This document shows, one piece after another, positions 54,197 to 64,000 of a stretch of 64,000 bases of DNA. Position 1 is the first letter of the stretch. Each line of letters begins with the position of its first letter. Source of the DNA: Phoronis australis. Taxonomy: Eukaryota; Animalia; Phoronida. The translations under genes and the position numbers were made by a program. The stretch lies in the NCBI GenBank assembly GCA_002633005.1, contig NMRA01000070.1:124001-188000 (forward strand), read 5' to 3'. The notes below the pieces were generated by a model. It was not told the origin of the DNA and did no database searches. It was given only the letters and a program-made list of their open reading frames with translations.

Positions 54197-55779
54197 AGGC
54201 CTTTTCATACTAAGGTCAACGCTTTGATGTTTTGGGGAGATGAGGTCAGTATGAAAGGTTAACTTAGGTTCTGGATCGAAGTTTACATTGCCAGAGCGTC
54301 GACGCTGCGGTGCGGTATGAACGGTCAACTTCGGTCTCACCGACGTTATCGCCAGAGCACTGCTATCGTCAACAATTGAAGGGCAATGTCTTCGCTAATA
54401 GGGGCTTAGGCCAATATTATGCTCGAATAATCACCAGTCTAATTAGTTTTATGTCATTTAGCACATATAAATGTTCTCAAATACGCGATGCATCAGCGAT
54501 AGTCACCTACCATTTATTACTTGGCGAAATAAATTTCGCCAGGTATGTTGCTCTGTCACTAAGTTTTTTTTTTTTTTTTTTTTGTTCGCACGATCAACAC
54601 GAAATTTACACATAACACGTAGTTTCGGAAGTCCTGGAAGCCTATTGTTTTTCGTCCAAGATGGCGGATATGGCGGCCATTTTGTTTCATTTTAAGATTC
54701 AAATGCTCCTGGAGCCCATAATTTTGTACGTACGGGGCTGAGAATCGGTACAATTAGTGAAGAGGGCGCGTGCTACATCTGTACTGGAAATTGTTAACTT
54801 CCGGTTAAAGATGGCGGAAATATCGGCAATCGCGTATGCGCACCTCGATTTTGGGAAAAAAACGTTTTCTCCTGTAGAGAACGCATTATAGGGGTAATTC
54901 CTCCAAATTTATGCAGGTGTTAGTTTCTTGTGACATTCTATATTCAGATCTGAAAACTGGAAGTTGCTTCCAAGATGGCGGATTTGGCCTATGTTGACCT
55001 ATTTTCAGTCTTGCTGGAGTGCCATTTTAAACGGGAAGAGTGAATGACGTGAATTTTTGCATGTGGATTCTTTGAAGTATAGCCTTTCAAATGACCTGTA
55101 ACAATTTTTTTCTCAGACTTACCGTTTTCGAGTTATTTGACTTTGAATTTCTTAAAAAAACACAAAATTTCATTTTTTTCGAAAAATTTACGGAATTGTG
55201 TAATACTATCAATTTAGATAGAGTTTTGAACGAGCTTTCAAAAGATATTTTCCACTTTCCGCTACGACGTCTACTTTTTGAATTATTCGAGATTTTCTGA
55301 TAGCGCTGTTCCTTTGTTGAGCGCTCTTACTGCATAGATGTTGGTTAAGCTTCAATTGAACAAGACTAGCCTATTTCTTACTGATTTATGACATCTAAGT
55401 TCGTCATATGAATGTCATGATGTTTGATCATCATCGCCCCAACCATCATGTTCGTCATCATCTCCGTCGTTGTCTTTTCAGTTAATTTCGCCAAGTGTCG
55501 CTCAAGACTGTAGCCTATTTCTTACTGATTTCGGACTTCTACGTTCGTCATGTGTATGTTATTATTACTTCTATTGTTTATCCACGCCACCTTCGTCGTC
55601 ATATTCGTCATCATCTTTATCGTCATCTTTTTGGTTAATTTCGCCAAGTGTAGCTCCTCGGAGCGCTTTCATTTCGATGTCCGTTAACGACCGAAGCCGG
55701 TATGAACGGATCAGTTAACTTCGCAGTTTACGACAACGCTCCGCTCAAACCGGAGTTTTAAGTCAGTATGAAAGGGCCT
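54197..55779. mobile_element. MITE (PIF-like ends) hosting a family B element
   Basis: TIR AGGCCTTTTCATACT / AGTATGAAAGGGCCT. GTATGAA(C/A)GG subterminal repeats on both sides of the insert. TSD unclear. Confidence 0.6.
54518..55673 (+). mobile_element. HINE/Helentron-like family B, apparently full-length copy
   Basis: 5' TACTTGGCGAAAT..ATTTCGCCAGGTA hairpin, poly-T and CAAGATGGCGG repeats. 3' subTIR TTCGCCAAGT followed by hairpin GCTCCTCGGAGC. The 3' segment is duplicated (55482 and 55635). Confidence 0.75.
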
Positions 55780-58006
55780 TGCGTCTACCCTATTAACGAG
55801 AAAATTGGACAGCGGTCGTTTTAGCCTTTAAAAGACAACTTGGTTTCTCGTTGTTGATGACATCCTAAGTTTGTTTTCGCTTTTGGCGTGAGCGCTATCT
55901 TCTTGAATTCCTGCAAATCCGTAAATTCCTGTAATCCGTTAATTCTGAAACCATGGGAACATATTGAGAATTTTCTAACGTTATGTACCGACCGTCTCCA
56001 CTGACGAATCATATTTGGGTGCTGCTCATAATTGGCTCAACCGGTGTTGCCAAAACATCAGTTTGCCGAAACACGTGTACATTCCATGACCCCCGAGAAA
56101 ACTTTTCAAGCATCTCCTGATTGAAACTCTGGTCTCTCGGTGCTTGCTGTTGTACCCATGCCAATCGGCAAAGACTCCGGCGGACAACTTAGCTGTTTCG
56201 GTGGGTAAAAGCGTCTCCTAAAATTCTTTGTCGTGACAGGGTTCAGTAAGTTTTCGTTACCAATAAGAACATAGAAACCACCACCCTATCTCAGAAATGG
56301 CCGATCGGATTCATAAACCTTGTGATGCCATGTGCGTAATGCGCTGATCTCCATTACGCTGTTAAGGATTGCTTTTAAAATGTTCCAATTTTGCAAGAGG
56401 GCTATCAAAAACATGATTTCAATGGTTGTCATGAAAGAAATTTGAATTAAATTTATTTAAAATTTTTTTCATGAAAATCAACTAAATTTTAGTTGCAGAA
56501 AACGAAAGGGATAAATAAATATTTTAGAAAACTGCAACAGCGTTTTTGAGATATCATGAACATTTCGGTATATAAAACAAAATTTATGCAAAATAAAATT
56601 TCACTATGTCATTGATATCGTTGTTTTGCTGACAATGTTATTTTTTGGCTGAACGGTTCTAAAAACGTACGGCCACGTGACTCAATGGCAGATTAGTAGA
56701 ATATTGAAACAAAATTCTACTTTCAAAAAACGTGCTTTAACTAAACTGAAATCTATAATTGTGTAGATATTTGGCTATGATGATACTGACGGAGACAATT
56801 CAGTAGCAAATTTGTTTTCGTTACAGAATCTGTTTCGATTCATGCATTTTCGTTTTGCTAAATAAATTTCATCTCTATCGACATTGCAGGGATTTATTTC
56901 TCGAAGATAATTGTTTTTTAAAAGTCATCTTTGTTTGCCATTCCTGAAAGACCTCGGATCAGTGGTACACGTTTCCAACCAGGGACATTTTTGCACTGAA
57001 ATATTTTCGCTTAATGATTCTAAAATCCAATTTTTCCTAGCATTCTTATGTTCGACAAGTAGTACCTGGCACTTTTTTGTGAAATAAACTTTCATTTTAT
57101 GCCAGCAAAGGTGCTTACATAACCACGCCGCTTTAAATGTCACAGGTCTTTTGGTAGAGTATTTTAGTCGTAGTAAACTGGAGAGACACCTTAACGCAGA
57201 CGCAGTTAAGCCTTAACGCAGACGCAGTTAAGCCCCGATTTTTCAAAATCATATTTAACATATTAGGCCTAGGTACAGCCGCAAAACCAAAACCGGTTGA
57301 CAGGGCAAACCATATATCCACCTGGACTGACGGATGAATTCCTAGATCGGGTAAGTGAAATGTAACACCAATGACTAGCCTGAGTGGAAATTCAGCCACA
57401 GAAATGTTACTCATAAAAATAAATGCTTTGATTGAGTAATGTCTGTAAATTCTGGTTTTGCAGCTAAAATCTGAATATTTTCACGTGTTGTCTTCAGCAG
57501 GGCTTTCTCGAACACCCGTTTCCAGTATTATTGAAACTCCCTGTTTTGTCGTCAAGGGAGGATTGGATTTACATGTTTTTATACAATTTATTGGAATAAT
57601 ATTTATTTTCTGATACGTTAGACACTTCTTACCTCAAAAACATACTTTCTAAAACACAACAACTGTAGTAAAGCCACGAACAAGATTTTCGCCACAGCTG
57701 CCGGCATATGTGTGACGTCAGCGGTCCAAGGGGTCTTTAGTCAACATCGTGTCTGGTAATGACTTCCTGCTACTCGGTATAATTATTGGGTCATGTTACC
57801 ACATAAGCCTCGTTCCTATTAATAATACTGAAAGCTCCCCTATTTGGTGAAGGCGGGACGTACGTGGTATGAATAAAGCCTACTGGTGTACAGTCACCTG
57901 CCAGTATTACGGAATGAACCTTGTGTTGTGAATAGGCATCACGTCGCTGAAAGCCGTAAGAGCCACGGGTTACAGACGCAGTCGCTTTATTTTCCTGTCT
58001 ACGCAC

Positions 58007-58040
58007 ATGTACCGAGCTGAGGATAATGAATTTTTTCAAG
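58007..58040 (+). CDS. Candidate first coding exon of an unidentified downstream gene (MYRAEDNEFFQ)
   Basis: ATG at 58007 and a strong donor AAG|GTGAGT, phase 1. The CpG-rich upstream region has TGACGTCA (57713), ACTTCCTG and GGCGGG motifs. Confidence 0.33.
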
Positions 58041-58710
58041 GTGAGTCTAGGAACCAGTAAGAGTTAAGAATGTAAATACAAACAGTGCAATGAGGGGATG
58101 TCATTTGCGGTTCATCAGACTTGCGCAGGCCTCATGGTTGGGGCGGTAAACAAGTGAATTTCAAAAAGTCGGCCGAGACGCTTTGTCGTGCCAATGTTGC
58201 CGATTTGATCAGGAAAATCTCGATGTCATGGCATTCACTCGGTGTTAGTGATGTTAACAAATGACGGTGATCAGCGAACGTGTGTAGTCGCAGATAAAAT
58301 GTGTAACACAAATTGCTCCCAGATTGAGATATGGTTATCTCTTCGTGCTACTAGGCAACCATATGATCAGCTGGATTGCAGTTGCCTTTGTCTTTTCTAG
58401 CGGCTGATGAAAGTGCCTGTGATACTTGCTTGTTGAAATCGTCAACATCAGTCGTCCTTTCCTGTGGTGTCTTGTGATTTGTCGGTTTTATGGTTCCCCG
58501 GATGTTTCTTTTATTTACTTTCCTGGCGGTAGGTTGTTTGCAGTCTCTCTTTGGGAGTTCAGGCCGTCATGAGCGAGCACGTCGACTGGGTTATATATTG
58601 AAGCTTGAGTAGCTGTGCTTTAACTGGTGAGTACGGTACTTTTAAAGGCCCTCAGCATTTGTACTTTCTTTTCTGGGAGGCCGTTGGTTTGCACTAGGAC
58701 CTAGTACAGG

Positions 58711-58868
58711 ATCAATAATATATTTTACACTGTAAGCGGTCACTGTAAGCTATATAATTACGCTGATGACAACACCCTCTCCTTACGTCCTTTGTCAGGA
58801 AAGCTTGAATTTAGAGAGTCTGGATACGGTCTCAGAGGTGAAAACTGTCTCTATGTAAAACGTTTTAG
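58711..58868 (+). mobile_element. Collapsed LINE (CR1/L2-group) reverse transcriptase relic
   Basis: Translates INNIFYTVSGHCKLYNYADDNTLS (the RT YADD motif), running directly into FRESGYGLRGENCLYVKRF, which resembles an ORF2 C-terminal YxLR block. Confidence 0.7.
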
Positions 58869-59295
58869 GGGGTTGTATACACTGGTCAAATCTCCAGATT
58901 TCTTTCTGAAATAAGTAAATAAAGGGGGTTTTATCTAGTTAGAAATGACTCTGAAAGTGACAGAAATGGAAAAAAAATTGTTGCATGTAGTTCGTTTTTT
59001 TAAAATGTCGTATTTTTCAATTTTCAAAAAATCCAAATTTGCCTCGATTTTTTTTTCAAAATGCGCAGGGATTATCTTCAACTATTTCCTTACGCAATAT
59101 TCTACTTATCCATACCAAATATATGTACAAAATCATTATGATCTTGATTTTGTGGCATTTTTGCGTGTGAATTGGGGCAAGAACGCCACTTTCTGTCATT
59201 TGGTCACTTTCCGTCTAATATCTAAAAATCTGGTCAATGTATCAAAAACTCTGGCACCCGATTTTGCTTCAATTCTAGAGGATTTCAAATTTGCA
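58865..59295 (+). repeat. Interspersed repeat (same family as 43345..43655)
   Basis: Direct sequence similarity over ~300 bp. Confidence 0.75.
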
Positions 59296-61467
59296 ACCAT
59301 GACCTACGGGTGTAACTCTATCTCCCATAAGGGTACTTGACTATGGAACTCATTGCCATGGGCAATGAGACAATGTACTACCTTTAAAATGAATTTGTCA
59401 CACTGGCTGATGATTTTTTCTCTAAGAACTGCTCCTGTGAGATCTGCTGCAGATGTCTACGTACCCCGTATGTATACCTACTTTTATGTTTATATTTATG
59501 TTTTAGTTCTATATATTTTCTGTTCTGTATAATTAGCTTGTATTTTAAGTTTTTGTAGTTTAAATTTTTAGATTTTTAAAAAAATGTCGGATAATTGCAC
59601 TTCTTATGCTAATGTTTCACTGTTAAACCTCACTGACTTTTAAATGAAGATAATACTACTACTGCTCATGTGCTGGCCAACGGGCTGGTTACTTGAATAT
59701 GAGACCACATCCTCATAGGGCCTATACAGGTGAAAGTTTACCGGCCTGGCCGTAAATCCACTGGCCCCGGTATTTCGAACGCTGTTGGTTTGTGGCGAGC
59801 GTAAGTGTATCTTTAATACAACTGCTGGTTTCTTTTTCTAAACCATTCATTTTACGTTCTGTTTCAAGGCATGATGGCTACATTTTGAGAATATCCAAGG
59901 GCTCTTTAATGTTGATCTGTTTTAGTTTTGACGCTGATGATTCCTTGCTGCTAAAGTTGGATTTACCTTGTTACTGCTCATTGATCTAATTTCAGAAAAT
60001 CTACTGGTTTCTTTATTCCAGTCTGTTTTAGCTATGCTGTTCTAATTAGCACTGAGACATGATAATTTAATTTTGAGAGAGTTTGGTGTTACGCAAGTGC
60101 GTCTTGACGTATGTAGATGCCTGTGTAGCTGACTATTGAAAATTCCCTACCAACAGGCCTGTGCCAAGCAAACCAATTTAACTAGAAAAAAATAATTAAG
60201 GCATCGATCGCGCACTAGCTCCGCCTCTCCTCGTTCGCTCAAACACGCGCGATCCATGTAGTAACGGCGTGTTACAATATTCTTTGTTACTGATGCGCGT
60301 TTAAAAATAATAGGTTTCTTTTCACGTGAATGACTGCCAGTTTGGTAAAAGCTTACTTAGTTGACCCTGTAGAATTACAAAAGGCACATATATGCCTGTC
60401 CAGTCTTTGTAAAACTCGCGTACATGAAGGCCTCATGAAAACTTATTTAATCCAATACGTGTTGGATTACATAAGGTTTGCTGGCATGTTAGTGCGAAGC
60501 ATATGTTAAACCCGCTTCGTGTTTCTCTTCTAGCATAGACAAAGGAAAATACTGGGCATTAGGCAAATATTACTTTGACAGGATTACCACTTTGGACTAT
60601 TTACACTGACAGTGTAAACAGACAAGAGGCGGTGTAAATAGACCAAGAGGTTTTAATAATAGTTGTAACACGCCACCACCTCAGAGCGTTTTAGAAAGTC
60701 AGTGGAATGTACTTTGTTATTAATACAAGGTTAAACATTAAAAGGCCTCATTCCTGTCTTCGGTGATTATAATATCAACCTCATGATGTAAACTAGTTTC
60801 GTAGTGGGTTAGACTATCGCAACATCTGTTATGTGCTGAGTACTGATGCAGGAAATACAGTGTGGATAGAAAGAGACCACGACCAGAGGTGACGCTAGTG
60901 TACTTAGAAATCAAAGTTTATCCGTTCCAGTGAATAAGGCTTAGATTGGGTGGCCTCAGCTGCATATCCTTGCAACATAAATAACAATGCAGCATGCATA
61001 ACAAATGAGCATTTTATTGAAAATAACACATAGTGTTTGGGAATATTTTAGAGGTAAAGGATAAGGAAAGGGGAAAGACTTTCACACGCAAACACATTCA
61101 CTCAATTAAGCAAGCTTTTATTTACATTAACATGTCGACCTTGTTACAATAAGACGCGAAGTAGTTTAAAATACCACCATTTCTTTGTCAAAGATACTAT
61201 ATTGTTTTATTCATTTTAAACCCTCCTCTTCTTAAAAGTTTTATGTTCATACGAAGTAAGTTGAAAGTTGCTAAATTTTCAACAGTTTCGCGGCGAAAAT
61301 GATTTGTTCAAAAATCACTTAACCGTATCCAATAAGTATTATCGAGGTTTGGTGTTGGGTAATAACCTGCTTGATGCAGGCATTATATGCAGGCCATGTG
61401 ATCCCCCCGTATTGCATCATTAGTGCAAAGGTCACCTATTTGGATTTTTTTGTTTTCACATTTACTT

Positions 61468-62188
61468 TTTATGATCGACATATGTCCCGGATAATAGATA
61501 AATGATACGTGCGTCGCAAGCTCGTTACCAGAGATGAAAGGAGACTGATGTAGGCGATATAAGGTCATTTATTATGACTAGTACAATTACAATAAAATGA
61601 ATACATGTAAATAAGTATAATAGGTAATCTCTGGTAAGATGGGCAATAAAAAGCGCCGGCCACGTGGAAGTACGAGAGAATGACGAAAACTGGGAGGAAG
61701 AGGGTGGGAAAATTGAATGAGTTTTTGACGTACGACAATGTGGCCGGAACAAAGTGAATTGAAAGCGAGGTTACAATAACAAAGAAAAACGTCCCTAAAG
61801 ACACGTGACAATCATCAGCCTATAAGAGCCAAGAGCTGACCAAACTCGAGGCACGTGATAACAACAGACCAATGCAAAGGCTGGAAAAACGTCGTGTAGT
61901 CCTGCACAAGGGAATAATGGAATAGACCAAGATGAGGGGGAAAAGGAGTAAGGCGAGTCCATATGCTCACATAAATATATTTAACGAGTGAAATACCATT
62001 TATGATCGACATATGTCCCGGATAATAGATAAATGATACGTGCGTCGCAAGCTCGTTACCAGAGCTGAAAGGAGACTGATGTAGGCGATATAAGGTCATT
62101 TATTATGACTAGTACAATTACAATAAAATGAATACAGGTAAATAAGTATAATAGGTAATCTCTGGTAAGATGGGCAATAAAAAGCGCC
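61468..62188. repeat. 190-bp direct repeats (61468..61657 and 61999..62188) flanking a 341-bp spacer
   Basis: The copies differ at two visible positions (AGAGATGAA/AGAGCTGAA and ATACATGT/ATACAGGT). Confidence 0.9.
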
Positions 62189-62682
62189 ACAGAGATGTTG
62201 TAAGTTTTTAGCGTAGATGATGTTCAGGGAGCATTGCCGTTTAGTTCCTGCTCTAAATTAGCACAGTTAGGAGCATGCCAAGACATTTCAGTTGCAGAAT
62301 TATCAATTGCAGATAGTAAAAACTTCTTTAACATTTCAGTTGCAGAATTATCAATTGCAGATAGTATCTGCTGATGCCAAGGACATTAACTACATGAGCG
62401 TATGCCGTTCTGTCACCCTGTCTGCAACACCGCTGTCGTGGTATATGAATAGCGTCAACACCATGAGAGCAGAATGACAGGTCAAACTAACATTACCCTC
62501 TAAGACCGTCATATCTAATGCAAAATTGGACCGTCATATCATTATTAGTTCAAATAAGACCGTTATCATTATTAGCTCAAAGGACACCATCTGCACCCGT
62601 ACAGAAAACCATCACTACAAGACCGTTCTCGTTATTAGCAGAAGTAAGACCAGCTGTCACTGCAGGTTACTTGTACTTGCAG

Positions 62683-62837
62683 ATGAATTGGGTTGCGTCA
62701 CTACACTAGCGCCTTCCATCCCAGTACAGCAGGCATCCGGCATGAATATGCATCACATCGACGGAAGTATAAAAACCATGGACCACAGAACCACTTGCTT
62801 CATTTCCTCTATCTTCAAGATGAAGAGAAACACTTTG
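62683..62837 (+). CDS. Candidate internal exon of the downstream gene
   Basis: Acceptor TTGTACTTGCAG and donor TTG|GTGAGT. Open in phase 1 (DELGCVTTLAPS..SSIFKMKRNTL), compatible with 58007..58040. No recognisable domain. Confidence 0.4.
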
Positions 62838-64000
62838 GTGAGTTGACTATAGGTACCTCTCTAACTCAACTGTTTGAAGTTTTTTTCTAAACTTTAATTC
62901 GAAAAAATCCCCAAACAGCGAATTTCAAAAGACTATTCACCCTATTTCTTGTTTTCCAATGTTAAAACGTGAAGCGTCCTGTTGTACTTCCCTGTTAATT
63001 AGTCTATCGTGTTTGTTTTCAGCGGCAGTAATTTTTAAATTTCATTTTGTGTGCGTGGTACCGAGTTTTTTTTTGTTTGGTCATTCGTCTAATTTATACT
63101 CAAGATTCAAGACTCCTTTTCAAGACCCGTTTTTTCCGTTTTGTAGAACTATCCCTGAAGTTGTCTAAAGGTTTACCAACACTTCATCTGTGGTGAGTTT
63201 ATAAGTACGATTCTTCAAATATTTTTATTGTTTCGAAAGCAAGCATTAACATTTGTTTAGTCAGCTAATATTTTTAGAAGTAATATCATAAGTTTTACTA
63301 TCCTGCTCATTCGATACGAAGTTCGTCTTTTTCCGTGTGACGTTATCCTGTGTAACGTCGTACGGAAAATGCCGATATTGTATCGAATGGGCGTGGTTTC
63401 AATGAACGCTTCGACGTTGAATATAGTTATATACCGGTACGTATACAAGCTACATTACAATAATCCTCCAAGGAATTCTATTTCAGACGGAGTAGTCATT
63501 AATCCGTGTTATTGTCAAACAAATTAGCAATTAAGTGCATGCTTCATACACGGCAACGATGAAACATATAATATATACTGTACTATCCGCGAACTGACTA
63601 ATAAATACCCTGAAGTTGTCTAACCTGAATTTTCTATCCATTCGTATTTCTACCAAACAAGTCTCATAAATTTGGGTTTGGCCGTGGGAGACATGATGGC
63701 GAATGAGTTCTCACATCGAAACCCAGAATTTTTGTAACCGTCTTCGGTTGTTTTCCCGCTCTCTCAATTACCCTTTTGGGTATTAACATCTCTCTCTATT
63801 CGTGGTACCTGTGAAAGACAATACTCACACAGCGATTTACGTTTGAAAATAAGGTACAAGTCTTGGTATTTTTCCTCAAAAAGCGTCATTAAGATACAGG
63901 GTGTAATCTTTGTCACGTATTGTCTCCCTTTTCAAAATCAAAGCCAAGGGGGGGGGGGTGTAGGAGTCGTTTCCTCGAACTGATTACACATTCGTAGGAA

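Overview
This is AT-rich animal genomic DNA (probably an invertebrate bilaterian), with spliceosomal introns and a heavy load of non-autonomous transposons. It is not prokaryotic. The main gene is a complete Piwi-clade Argonaute (PIWIL1-like) on the + strand. I reconstructed 17 coding exons by hand (23561..52726). All introns are GT-AG, phases are consistent, and the 2637 nt CDS gives 878 aa with an N-terminal GRAR motif, PAZ, MID and PIWI domains, and an apparently intact DEDH slicer tetrad. Upstream is a single-coding-exon type I LRR transmembrane receptor (4315..5868) with no TIR domain and a C-terminal PDZ-type ETTF motif. A candidate bidirectional promoter lies at about 10.4-10.8 kb, and a possible third gene starts at about 58.0 kb. 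Introns and intergenic DNA hold hAT, PIF/Harbinger and Tc1/pogo-type MITEs, two families of Helentron/HINE-like elements (one with ~150-bp-spaced CTCF-like motifs, one with YY1-like motifs), LINE and SINE relics, and several minisatellites. The most unusual observations are three. A 32-bp satellite in a Piwi intron repeatedly carries the 5' hairpin of the HINE family. A ~100-bp motif module is shared by the putative Piwi promoter and the Piwi 3'UTR. A MITE also sits in that 3'UTR. All calls were made by eye without tools, so element boundaries are approximate unless TIR/TSD sequences are given.
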